NCBI GenBank assembly: GCA_977017575.1
Contig: CDRNVI010000020.1
Coordinates: forward strand, 62,001 to 126,000
Direction of reading: 5' to 3'
From: Paramoeba atlantica
Lineage: Eukaryota > Protista > Discosea
DNA: 64,000 nucleotides
Below are positions 54,186 through 64,000 of the stretch, piece by piece (position 1 is the stretch's first letter; each line of letters begins with the position of its first letter). A program made the position numbers and the translations under genes. The notes beneath the pieces were generated by a model. The model had not been told where the DNA came from. It saw only the letters and a list, made by a program, of their open reading frames with translations, and made no database searches.

Positions 54186-57100
54186 ATGCGATTTCTTTAT
54201 TTCGCACCTGTATTGCGTCCAGGCCCTGTTTACTTTCGCTCATCTAAGCGAATATCTATTGAGTTTCCTGGTCCTGTTCCGTTATATAGCTTTACTCGAG
54301 CGTACTGGGAAGGTCAGATACATGTTTTGGAACTTCATGCCGACAGGAATAATTCATGCGTGGCGAAAGTGTGGAAGAAGGTTTCGTGCGATGAGTATAG
54401 GCAAGAACCTCCTCATCGGAAAGCTTCAATTTGTTTGACGGCGGCAAATTCTGTTGTAAAGCTAACGACTTGGATTTTCAAAGTCTATAATGCGGCTTCG
54501 AAAGATGATATAATTCCAGATCCTGAAGGACAAGAAAATGATCTTTTCATTGATCAAAAGGCCAATTCTCCACTTATTTTTCACCTTTTACAAAAAGACA
54601 CACACTTCCCCAAGATTTGGATTCGATCTCTCATACATGAGCTTCGCAAGAAGACACAAATAATTATGCGAATGTTCAATAGAATGGACTCGCTCAACAA
54701 AAGCTTATCAGGAGAGAAAATTCACAGCAAGAATACATGCATTGTTCGCCTAGCGGAAGGTGACTCTAACTGTCGAGTCTTATCCGAACATCATACTTGT
54801 ATATCGGAGTCACACATGGCTCAATTACCATCACACTGGATGCATGATCCGGAAACGATTAACTTCAGAATTCACTTGTTTACTGAGCAAGGCGCGCTCG
54901 AAACGATTGCTGCAATAGGAGTAAGTGAAGCTTGTAAAATTTTAACTCATCAGTTTTTTCGATGGAATTCTGAGGTTTCTACTCTCGCGATTTGTTGTAT
55001 GGCAATCGTACTGCCTGTCGATATCACGACTTTATTATTTAGTTCTTTGATTGCTGAAATTCCAAAAGGGGAAGATGGCGATCAACATGATGCCGCGCAT
55101 CATCGCATTGTTCCACTACAATTCTCGTCGGCTAGCAAGTCTCCTTTAGATCTCTCCTCGGTGACGACAAAGATACAGAGAATTCATGAGCGGACAAAAA
55201 ATTACCTTCTAGGAGCTTCTGTCTCGTTCAGAGAACTGGAATTAATGCAGTATGGCGGTATTGGCCGTGTTCCACATATTTATGCATCAAACAAAGTTGA
55301 TCACCTAGTATATCGTAAGGGATGCTTGCGTTTGCCGACGAATATGATCGACACTTTACTTTTACCTCACCTATTCTTAAGTTTGACCACCAACGGAGAA
55401 ATAGAATTTATAGGTCGCTCTGGAAAACATTTGCTACGTATCAATAAATTGAAATCCGGAGAAGAAGATTCGAAAGATTGTAGTGACGAAGTGCAGATAA
55501 ATGAGATAATATCTGCTACTCGTGTAATTGTGGTACGCGATTTAAGGAAAATGTTGAGTTCATGTTCTGCGCTTTTACACAGTACACCGTTCATTGCTTT
55601 TCTCTCGCGTGGTGGCTATTTTTGGTGCTCAACAATGGCCGATAAATTAAGTCAAATAAACATGAGATGTTTCACGGACATGCAACTGCAGTATCGCCAG
55701 GAAGAAAAAAACGATGATATAGTGTCGCATTTAACACCATGGAATTGCGATATGCAACATCAGTACCTGCAGGACTTCGCTGTTTTCTTGTCTACTAAAT
55801 CACAGAATGAGTTGAACGCGTTTTCTTTACTGCGGTTCCACTCAGAATATTCTTTAGCGCTTCAGGATAGGCGTTCGTTTTCTCAGAAAATTCGGAATTT
55901 CGGACAGACCTTATCAGAAATAGGATCGGAGTTGCAACTTTTTCGGAATTTGCTAAGAACTTACATTCCCAGTTCGGTACCTTTAGAAATGCACCAACAA
56001 TGGAGATGGGACGATATGAAACATTTAGAAGCGCTATATTTCGGAGGCACGATTCAGTTTGGAGAGGCAGGACAAGAATCCGCAGACCCATTTGATGCTG
56101 GGCACTCGCCGTACGTATATGCCGTGACGGAGCTTGCGTACACAGCGCAAGTGGTACCTTCCTTGCCGCTCTCCATCTTAGCAAGTTATAGTGAACTTCG
56201 AGGTGTGTCCCGCGATACTAAGACAGCACAGAGTTCGAGAATATCCTCTTTTATTGCTAAAAGAGGTTGGCTGAATCGGTATCGCATCATTACCTACGAC
56301 ATTGAATCTACGGGACTGAATATACAAAGAGACCGCATTGTGGAGTTTGCCATGTACGACGCATTGAATCGTCGTTCGTTTAGTACTTTGATCAACCCGG
56401 AGACCCGAATACCTCCAAAAGTGATTGCAATCCATGGGCTCTCCAATGAAGACGTGGCGCACGCACCAACGTGGCGAGATGCGGCCCCACGCATACTGGA
56501 ATTTTTAACCCCCGACCGAAGCACCAAGGAGGAAGTTCTATTCATTGCCCACAATAGCCGAAAGCTTGACGAGCGAATTCTTCTTCGTCAATTGCAAGAG
56601 GAAAAACTTACACTGCCTTCCGGGGTGCATTTTGTAGACTCCATACCGCTGTTACGTTTTTCTCGTGATAAATCTCCGGAGACCGGTTTGAGTTCGTTTC
56701 GTTTGAGTAATATGCTACAAGAATTAGCCATTTCGATTGAAGGAGATTTACACCGTGCCCTTAGTGATGCCACGGCTTTATGGGAAATTTTTATTCGGCT
56801 ATCCATGTCTTCCACTGTAACACCGACTAATCGTCTGAGATCTGATCCATTAGTCAGCGGTGGTTCAGGCGAGAGAAATGCAGTAGACAAAACGGTAGAT
56901 AGCAAGACAGCGAGCGATACAACCGTAGAGGGAAGCCAGGAAAAGCAATTGGACGTAACCATGCTACACACCTCGGAAGGACTTCCAACCGCGCTGGGCG
57001 AAACAATGCCCAAAGAATCTTGTAAGACTTCTGAGGCGGATGAACATGAGCGAGTCCTGCAATGGATAGGACGCAGTCTTGAATATCCAGCTTACTTTTG

Positions 57101-58025
57101 TTTTTCTCGTACGGCTATCCTTCAAAACGAGGTTGAGACGGGGGTGAAGGCCATTGTAAATCTCCCAGGTGAAATTTCACCGGAACATCGAATAGTTTTA
57201 TCTGGGCGCACAAATAGCGAGATAACGGAGAAGTTTGGTACTATAGCCATCAGTGAATTTTATAACCGCTGGATAGCTTGCAAACACAATCAACTGTTTA
57301 CCATGGAGCCGGATTTGTTGAAAGAACTTTGCACAACGTATAATTGTAGTTCTGCGGAACTCGTTGAGCAAGTTCAACGACTTTCTCCTGCTTTGAAGAC
57401 ATTGCGCCTAATTCAAAGTGCTCATGATGCGGTAGGCGAGAAAAATACAAAAGGAGTACATACTGATGGAAATGCAGAGGTGTCTTTGGACTTTGAAATC
57501 ACAAACTATGTGCCATACGATCTGCAAACTTACGCAGCGGAGTATATTCCAGAACAGTGGACTGTCCAGTGGCGAAAATTGTTTACATCACTGCCTGGGC
57601 ATCAGTTAGTAACGTTAACGACATCGGTGTCAGCTTCTGAAATATTCAAAAGCCTGAATTACGATTGGCGAGAACTTGATAAGGTGTTTAACAATGCCAT
57701 CGATGACACCATGATCTACTCAGAAACACGAAAACAGGGTCGTTGTCTGCTCAATTTATGTGTCTGCCTAGTTTGGAGAAACTTGTACACCAATCTTAAG
57801 AAAGATGAGAGTACGAGTCACCAGAGTGATTTACCCCATGCGTCTGCGACAATGGAGTCACAATCCTGTGGTACGGATAAGATGCCATGTTTGCATCATG
57901 TAACCTCAAAGGAAATGGCATGGAATGTTCCCTTCTCGAGTGTGAAAGAATTTACTGATGGTGTGCTTCCTCGGAGCGTTGGTGGAATTCTACCACACGA
58001 CAGCTACGAGGTACACTTGGACTGA
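54186..58025 (+). CDS. 1279-aa protein with a central DEDDh (DnaQ-like) 3'-5' exonuclease domain
   Basis: YDIESTGL (ExoI), FIAHNSRKLDERIL (ExoII) and HRALSDA (ExoIII). Flanking regions not recognised. Confidence 0.85.
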   Translation: MRFLYFAPVLRPGPVYFRSSKRISIEFPGPVPLYSFTRAYWEGQIHVLELHADRNNSCVAKVWKKVSCDEYRQEPPHRKASICLTAANSVVKLTTWIFKVYNAASKDDIIPDPEGQENDLFIDQKANSPLIFHLLQKDTHFPKIWIRSLIHELRKKTQIIMRMFNRMDSLNKSLSGEKIHSKNTCIVRLAEGDSNCRVLSEHHTCISESHMAQLPSHWMHDPETINFRIHLFTEQGALETIAAIGVSEACKILTHQFFRWNSEVSTLAICCMAIVLPVDITTLLFSSLIAEIPKGEDGDQHDAAHHRIVPLQFSSASKSPLDLSSVTTKIQRIHERTKNYLLGASVSFRELELMQYGGIGRVPHIYASNKVDHLVYRKGCLRLPTNMIDTLLLPHLFLSLTTNGEIEFIGRSGKHLLRINKLKSGEEDSKDCSDEVQINEIISATRVIVVRDLRKMLSSCSALLHSTPFIAFLSRGGYFWCSTMADKLSQINMRCFTDMQLQYRQEEKNDDIVSHLTPWNCDMQHQYLQDFAVFLSTKSQNELNAFSLLRFHSEYSLALQDRRSFSQKIRNFGQTLSEIGSELQLFRNLLRTYIPSSVPLEMHQQWRWDDMKHLEALYFGGTIQFGEAGQESADPFDAGHSPYVYAVTELAYTAQVVPSLPLSILASYSELRGVSRDTKTAQSSRISSFIAKRGWLNRYRIITYDIESTGLNIQRDRIVEFAMYDALNRRSFSTLINPETRIPPKVIAIHGLSNEDVAHAPTWRDAAPRILEFLTPDRSTKEEVLFIAHNSRKLDERILLRQLQEEKLTLPSGVHFVDSIPLLRFSRDKSPETGLSSFRLSNMLQELAISIEGDLHRALSDATALWEIFIRLSMSSTVTPTNRLRSDPLVSGGSGERNAVDKTVDSKTASDTTVEGSQEKQLDVTMLHTSEGLPTALGETMPKESCKTSEADEHERVLQWIGRSLEYPAYFCFSRTAILQNEVETGVKAIVNLPGEISPEHRIVLSGRTNSEITEKFGTIAISEFYNRWIACKHNQLFTMEPDLLKELCTTYNCSSAELVEQVQRLSPALKTLRLIQSAHDAVGEKNTKGVHTDGNAEVSLDFEITNYVPYDLQTYAAEYIPEQWTVQWRKLFTSLPGHQLVTLTTSVSASEIFKSLNYDWRELDKVFNNAIDDTMIYSETRKQGRCLLNLCVCLVWRNLYTNLKKDESTSHQSDLPHASATMESQSCGTDKMPCLHHVTSKEMAWNVPFSSVKEFTDGVLPRSVGGILPHDSYEVHLD

Positions 58026-58347
58026 TGTTTAGAAGTCCTATACTGCAAACGTTTCGGTATGTCCTCTATGAGAAACAGATCTTTTGTACAGTGATTGCAG
58101 GATTTTTTTGTAGTCTTGCCTTGCAAAATATTTCCTATCTTACTTCTAACAATGATCTGTAAGAAAATATTGTGAGTTATCTTTAAGTAATGTTTAGGGC
58201 AACTCTCTATTTAGGACGAGCTTGATGTTACTGATAGATATGCTCCGCAATGCAAATAAGCGAAACTGTTTTTCTTTGGTAAATATACTGTTTGCATGAA
58301 TCTCAATGTATGGTTGCGTTCGCTGAATCACTAATGTTGCTTAACCT

Positions 58348-59547
58348 ATGGCCGTGTCAGAATGTCTAGAGTTGATATTGAAAGAGTTAGATCAATGGAA
58401 TCAATGTGATAGTTCATCATCCGGTCTTTTACACACTTATGCAGAGTTTTTAAGAAAAATTATCGCAACGAAACCCCTTTCCAAGGACGTAGAAAGAGAA
58501 TCGATAAATTTGTTGCAGAAGGCAGAAGAAATAGAAAACAGGATGCGTAGAAGGTGTAGTTGGCGTACTATTTTGGAAAAAGGGTTGTACATTGTATGCG
58601 GCTTTCTATGCGCAACGTTTTTCAATTACTTTATTGGGCTGCCATTCGTTCTTGTGATACAAGCTATAGCAATCTATCAGAGCAGTATTTTTCGCTGTCT
58701 TTGGTTCGGATACGTACTTGCTGTTCTATTAGAAGGTATCTTTAACCGCACCACATGGGGAAGCGATCTCTTTCACCACTTTATTCACAAATGGGCCATA
58801 AAAGGATTGCGAGATTACTATCAAACAGCACTCATTTTTACCCCAGATTCAGAACTTGATCCATCCAAGCACTATTTGTTTGGTTACCACCCCCACGGGG
58901 CTCTTGCCATTGGCGCATTGCCTTGCTTTGGTACAGACTTGTGTGCACTACAAGTTGCATATCCTGGACTTTCCTGCAACGTACAAACACTTTCATTGCA
59001 ATTTTTGTTGCCTCTGTGGAGAGAGGTACCAATCAGTTGTGGGGCAGGGAATGCGAGCAAGGAACAAATCATTCGTCAACTGAGTGCGTCTGAGGGCTCT
59101 TCGACTTGCATTGCTCTTGGTGGCGCAGCGGAGTCCTTGTATTCCTCGGAACACGAAATCCGTTTAATTCTACGCAATCGCAAAGGTTTCGTTAAGCTTG
59201 CGATGCAAACCGGTGCATCGCTGGTACCGACTTTCGCATTTAATGAAAATATGGTGTACATCAACCTTGGGAGCAAGTGGTCGTTGATCTTAAAACTCCA
59301 GCAAAAATTACAAAAGGTGCTTCGTTTTGCCCCATTTCTTCCTTTGGGTGCTTGGGTCATTTTTCCACGGCGTGTGCCCATCAGGGTTGTCGTCGGGGCA
59401 CCCATTGCTGTACGAAAGGAAACAAATCCGGAGGCTGCTACCCATCTTGTTAACATGTATCACCAGGAGTATATGGATGCAATCTTGCGGTTGCACCGTA
59501 CGTATTCTCCAATTTTTGCCCCGAATACAATGCTTGTGATACAGTGA
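58348..59547 (+). CDS. DGAT2: Diacylglycerol/monoacylglycerol O-acyltransferase, DGAT2 family
   Basis: YLFGYHPHG, LGGAAESL, RKGFVKLA...GASLVP.F.F.EN and VVVGAPI. Confidence 0.9.
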   Translation: MAVSECLELILKELDQWNQCDSSSSGLLHTYAEFLRKIIATKPLSKDVERESINLLQKAEEIENRMRRRCSWRTILEKGLYIVCGFLCATFFNYFIGLPFVLVIQAIAIYQSSIFRCLWFGYVLAVLLEGIFNRTTWGSDLFHHFIHKWAIKGLRDYYQTALIFTPDSELDPSKHYLFGYHPHGALAIGALPCFGTDLCALQVAYPGLSCNVQTLSLQFLLPLWREVPISCGAGNASKEQIIRQLSASEGSSTCIALGGAAESLYSSEHEIRLILRNRKGFVKLAMQTGASLVPTFAFNENMVYINLGSKWSLILKLQQKLQKVLRFAPFLPLGAWVIFPRRVPIRVVVGAPIAVRKETNPEAATHLVNMYHQEYMDAILRLHRTYSPIFAPNTMLVIQ

Positions 59548-59745
59548 TAAAAATTTGATCACGCGATATTCAGATTTGGCTGCCATCCCTTTGGCAGCTT
59601 GAATTGGCCTTCTCAAATTGTAAAATTGCTGAATGAGATATTCTGCACCGGGAGGATATAAAATAATAATGTATTTTATCTTGACATTCCACGGTACTTA
59701 ATAAAAATTGAGTTGGACCGAACTGTCCGATATAACGCGTGCAGA

Positions 59746-59978
59746 GGTCCCTTGTTTGTTTTATTGCTTCATGGCACTCAGGGATTACCCATGTATGCTA
59801 GATCTTTTTTGAAATATCTGATCTTTTCTGGCGCTTCTACAGTACACAGTATACAGTACAAATATAATCTATACTAGTGTACAAATACTAATTTATACTA
59901 CTGTATGTGGTGCATTCACGGTCCCCTGTTCTCCGGGAAAGCCTTATGGAACTCAGGGATTACCCATGGATGCTAGAT
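59746..59978. repeat. Two intergenic copies of a hairpin-forming motif (33-nt core, 31/33 identical)
   Basis: ATGG(C/A)ACTCAGGGATTACCCATG(T/G)ATGCTAGAT at 59771 and 59946, each preceded by GGTCCC.TGTT. Confidence 0.8.
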
Positions 59979-60449
59979 TTTCTTTAGAATTTTAAGAATA
60001 ATTATTATTCTTAAAATGGAGAGCATATTCTTAAAATATTACGAATATTTAGCGCAAAACAGTGGTATGCAAGTGGTCTGGCAAATGTACAGAAAGTACC
60101 GCCGCAGGGTTTGATAGCTGAGCGTAGGGCTTAGGGGTGAACAAAAAAAGATGAGCTTGCGTGGCGAGCATTTATTTGAAGAATTTCTCAAGGCGCTGCA
60201 AAGATTTTCCAAGGCAAAGGGTTCTTGTGACGAGGCGTTGGATGCTTTGTAAAGCTTTTTATCCAGCCAAGAGTATAAATATTAAGAAAAAAGGTTTCGA
60301 AGTTTGAAAGTTCTGTAATCATTTTTACAAAAAAATAGAAAAATATATCGGGGGAAAAAGTCCTTTTTGACGAAAACATAAAATCTCTTTTCTCAAATTC
60401 AAAAAGGAGATAGAACTTTTAGCGCAAACCGTAATTTTATCTTTGGTCA

Positions 60450-61538
60450 ATGCTTTCAGCTTCCGAGTCATCTAGAGGAACAGAAACAGTGCCAAACAGT
60501 ACACTTCCATGGGTTGAAAAGTACAGACCCCAGAGCATGGAAGAGGTAGTTGGAAATGAAGACATTGTTCTGCGCTTAAAAGTAATTGCTCGCGAGGGCA
60601 ACATGCCCAATCTTCTACTTTCTGGCCCACCAGGGACAGGAAAAACAACCAGTATTCTCTGTCTCGCCAGAGAGTTACTCGGGGATGCATTTTCTGAGGC
60701 TGTGCTGGAGCTCAACGCCAGTGATGAGCGTGGCCTCGATGTCGTTCGCAATAAGATCAAAATGTTTGCTCAAAAGAAGGTTACTTTGCCGCTTGGTCGT
60801 CACAAGATTGTGATTCTGGACGAAGCAGATAGTATGACACCCGCGGCACAACAAGCGCTCCGGCGTACAATGGAAGTCCATTCCACAACAACGCGATTTG
60901 CTCTCGCATGTAACACGAGCACGAAAATTATTGAACCTATTCAAAGTCGGTGCGCAATCGTCCGATTTAGCCGGCTGGAAAATTCAGAGATACTCACACG
61001 GTTGTTATTCGTCACAGAACGGGAGAACGTAGTCTACACAGAAGATGGCATTGAGGCCTTACTTTTCATTGCCGAAGGAGATATGAGAAATGCGTTAAAT
61101 GCTTTACAGGCAACACATACAGGTTTCGAGCTGGTGAACGCGGAGAATGTTTTTCGAGTGTGTGACCAACCGCACCCGCAGATTGTAGAGAACATTGTCG
61201 CGTCTGCATTGGAAGGGCACTTGAGCACTGCATTAAAAGAGATGTCCGGTTTATTAAATCGTGGGTTTGTGCCAGTGGACGTTGTTCAGACGGTTGCAAA
61301 AGTAATTCAGACTATGGATTTGGTAACACCTGCAAATAACAGACTCAAAATAAGTAACTCACCTGGAGAAAGTAAACTCTACGAAGTTAACAATCCCGGG
61401 GTTCACGAGTTACAACTCCATTTACTGCGTATTGTCGCTGATACTCAGTATCGTATGGCAGAAGGTGTTACCACCTCTCTACAGCTTGCTGGAATGTTGG
61501 CAGGAATATACAATATTCCAGGAACCCCGCTAAAATAG
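60450..61538 (+). CDS. RFC2: Replication factor C small subunit (human RFC2 / yeast Rfc4 type)
   Basis: PWVEKYRP, GPPGTGKTT, ELNASDERG, ILDEADSMT..AQQALRRTME, IIEPIQSRC and GDMRNALNALQ. Confidence 0.95.
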   Translation: MLSASESSRGTETVPNSTLPWVEKYRPQSMEEVVGNEDIVLRLKVIAREGNMPNLLLSGPPGTGKTTSILCLARELLGDAFSEAVLELNASDERGLDVVRNKIKMFAQKKVTLPLGRHKIVILDEADSMTPAAQQALRRTMEVHSTTTRFALACNTSTKIIEPIQSRCAIVRFSRLENSEILTRLLFVTERENVVYTEDGIEALLFIAEGDMRNALNALQATHTGFELVNAENVFRVCDQPHPQIVENIVASALEGHLSTALKEMSGLLNRGFVPVDVVQTVAKVIQTMDLVTPANNRLKISNSPGESKLYEVNNPGVHELQLHLLRIVADTQYRMAEGVTTSLQLAGMLAGIYNIPGTPLK

Positions 61539-61900
61539 GTCTTAGAACTTGTGAACAGAACTCATAAAGTCCTGAATACGAACATTAAAATTATGAATCT
61601 TATTTTGCGGACGTGTAGCACGCGTCTTGGGGTTCATGCTTTGCCTATTCAAAGCAGTGTAGTTGAAGACGATGTCCGAATAAGTCCAGTATAGATAGAA
61701 ATAAAACGAAAGAACAGTAATTCACAAATTTGGAATGAACTTGCAAGGTTTAACATCGTTCTACACGAATTGCTATTGATACGTAATACCAAGTAATGAT
61801 TAGAATATTTATGAAATTAATGCGCACATGAGCGTCTCAACGCTAGGACGATGAGTAGTTGGAAAGTGGGTATCATTCAAGGTCATAGTGCATGCAATAA

Positions 61901-63457
61901 ATGAGTGCAGGACACGATTTTCTCACATGTGGCAGTCTTCCGCACGAGCAAGAGTCCATTCGGTTTGGCCTAGGTGGCAGTGACCCACTGCCAGATGTGG
62001 TAGATTCTGAAAAAGCGCTGCAAATAAAGGAACTCGAGGAGGTTTGCTTACCTCCTTCAGAAACATTATGGCACACAATACGAAAAATATTATACATCGG
62101 TATCCCAATTTGTCTTAGTTTATTTAGTCAGTTCGCAATCTTTCTCATCGCCTCTCGCTCTATTGGTAAATTGCTCGGTGTAAAGTACTTGGCCGGAGCC
62201 TGTATGGGTATCATGTTTTGTAACTGTTTTGGATTTTCCTTCATATTCGGCATGGCCAATGCGTTAGATACACTACTGTTTCAAGCCCATGGGGCAGACC
62301 CAAAGAGTCCCCTCATCATGTTGTATGTGCAGCGTGCAATCCTGATTCTACACGTATGCGCTCTACCTGTCTTATTGGTCTGGATGTTCGCTGTTCCCAT
62401 ATTGCAGCGAATGGGGCAAACACCAGAAGTTGCCGCTATGGCTGGTACGTACATCCTGTACAACCTGGCAAATATCCCACTTTGCATCTTCTATGAAGTG
62501 CTGAGAAAGTTTCTGATGTGTGTGCACAATTTGACCGCCGTAGTTCTTGTGTCCATTTTGCTCACGGGCTTGAGTCCTTTTATGTTTTATGGTCTGATAC
62601 AAGAACAAGGAATCGCAGGATGTCCGTTAACAATCACAATGTTTTTCCTAGGCATGGTGATTTTTACGGTGGGCTACATTGCTTTACGAGGTAGTCTGCA
62701 TCGAGGATTATGGCACGGATTCAGTTTCGCGGCATTTAAGGATTGGAAACAATTCTTGTTACTGGGCATTCCAAGTGCCCTAATGCTATTTTGTAAGTGG
62801 GGCATGTATGAACTTAATGGATTAGCCTCCGGACGTCTCGGTGTGGAAACACTTGATACCATGTCTATTTGTATGCAGGTGTTATCCCTTCTGTATATGG
62901 TCCCACTGGGGCTTAGCATTGCCGCTGGTATTTTGGTCGGCAATGCTCTTGGTGCTCGTGAGATTTCGAAAGCGCGACGAGCTGCATTAGCAACTTCAAT
63001 TCTTATGGCTGGCGTAGCAACTGTCGATATTGTTGTATTGTGGTTTACTCAGGACGTTGTACCGGGTTTGTACAACAGTGATCCTGAACTCTTACGTTTG
63101 TATCGTGAAGTAATGCCTCTCCTCATAGTATATCACGTTTTCGATGCCGCAGTTTGTGTGTGCAACGGAATCGTGAAAGGAATGGGTTATCCAAAGTATG
63201 GTTTTTTCTTTGTATTGCTGTATGCTATTGGTGTGCCTCTCGGGTGGGTGTTTGCCTTCAAGCTAGGGATGAGGTTTCGTGGCTTATGGCTTGGCCCAGT
63301 GTTAGGTCTCATTGGCGGTGCATTAGGATATGTTGTGTTCTTCCGACGTGTACGGTGGGAACACGCGGAGGCAAAGGCCATGGAAAGAATTCGGTATAGC
63401 CAACGAATGTTGGGAGGGAATGGCGAACAAAAGAAAGTATTTGTAAGCGCTTCGTAG
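61901..63457 (+). CDS. MATE-family multidrug/toxin efflux transporter
   Basis: About 12 hydrophobic segments. GMANALDTLLFQAHGA, GIPSALM...W.MYE, VPLGLSIAA..LVGNALGA and GL..GLWLG. Confidence 0.95.
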   Translation: MSAGHDFLTCGSLPHEQESIRFGLGGSDPLPDVVDSEKALQIKELEEVCLPPSETLWHTIRKILYIGIPICLSLFSQFAIFLIASRSIGKLLGVKYLAGACMGIMFCNCFGFSFIFGMANALDTLLFQAHGADPKSPLIMLYVQRAILILHVCALPVLLVWMFAVPILQRMGQTPEVAAMAGTYILYNLANIPLCIFYEVLRKFLMCVHNLTAVVLVSILLTGLSPFMFYGLIQEQGIAGCPLTITMFFLGMVIFTVGYIALRGSLHRGLWHGFSFAAFKDWKQFLLLGIPSALMLFCKWGMYELNGLASGRLGVETLDTMSICMQVLSLLYMVPLGLSIAAGILVGNALGAREISKARRAALATSILMAGVATVDIVVLWFTQDVVPGLYNSDPELLRLYREVMPLLIVYHVFDAAVCVCNGIVKGMGYPKYGFFFVLLYAIGVPLGWVFAFKLGMRFRGLWLGPVLGLIGGALGYVVFFRRVRWEHAEAKAMERIRYSQRMLGGNGEQKKVFVSAS

Positions 63458-63573
63458 TTGTTACATTCTGTCAACAGAAGTACATTCTGTCGAAAAAAGT
63501 TGCCAAAAGTTGTATTAACGTACCTTTTGGTTCAATGAACCACGACCGAACCAACTGAACCAATTGAACCAAC

Positions 63574-63963
63574 CTACAAGGCGTATTTCTTGGGTGGCAC
63601 AAAATTATCCTGGTTCAGGATTTGACTGCATTGTTCGGTTAGAAGTTCCATTGCACTCAAAAAATCATTCATCGTTACATCCCTGACGTTAGCGACGTCT
63701 AGGATATGTTTTAAGGAGTCCCAGTCTCTTGTACGCTCGTGGAAAGTCGCTGGCTTCACCGCTGCATTTGACAGGGCCTCACTGTTCTGTGATCTGCTTT
63801 CGGGTGTTGCCATGAGCTCTTTTAACTCGTTCAATGATACCTTCATAATGAAGGAAGGCTTAATTCCTTGCTTTCTTTTGGATGGCTTTGCGTACCAGAC
63901 TGGCACTCTTCCCTGCCATGATGCCCTGTAAGAGCGACTTTCCGGTGAAATCAACCTCGGCAC
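63574..63963 (-). CDS. Possible short minus-strand ORF, unknown
   Basis: A 129-codon frame bounded upstream by an in-frame TGA (63985-63987). The first ATG gives only about 90 aa. Confidence 0.25.
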   Translation of the reverse strand: MPRLISPESRSYRASWQGRVPVWYAKPSKRKQGIKPSFIMKVSLNELKELMATPESRSQNSEALSNAAVKPATFHERTRDWDSLKHILDVANVRDVTMNDFLSAMELLTEQCSQILNQDNFVPPKKYAL

Positions 63964-64000
63964 CCAAATCGGCAGCCAGTTCAGTCACCACTTTTCCCGC

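Noticed and set aside
59775-59800. 5S rRNA 3' end (minus strand GGGTAATCCCTGAGTGCC)
   Set aside because: The similarity covers under 20 nt and the rest of the 5S sequence and structure is missing.

Overview
Eukaryotic, intron-free genomic DNA, most likely from a kinetoplastid and possibly Perkinsela-like. This is an inference from the trypanosomatid-type iPGM, the co-oriented intronless gene cluster, the CRE-clade retroelements and the LRR family. Host genes, almost all on the + strand, lie at 13-14 kb, 16-22 kb, 28.5-29.8 kb and 42.7-63.5 kb (iPGM, CCT-beta, UBC13, a DEDDh exonuclease protein, DGAT2, an RFC small subunit, a MATE transporter, LRR proteins and hypotheticals). They alternate with dense islands of nested transposons. 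The top observation is a bacterial-type IS30-family DD33E transposase gene broken into three pieces (39399-38939, 34373-33991, 32649-32504, minus strand) by a Tc1 element and a multi-ORF PIF/Harbinger-ISL2EU-like element. Removing both insertions and one copy of each target-site duplication (TSD) restores one stop-free 329-aa ORF, which argues that IS30 is a resident of this eukaryotic genome. Other highlights are a six-level nested transposon stack (6.6-12.5 kb), three divergent CRE-like retroelements with no adjacent spliced-leader gene, a hAT-like element with CAC ends and an apparent 6-bp TSD, an unclassified TIR-less repeat family with a G4/i-motif minisatellite and a terminal hairpin, and a recurrent C-rich to G-rich skew switch inside a subset of genes. 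All alignments were done by eye, no database searches were run, and internal boundaries are approximate.
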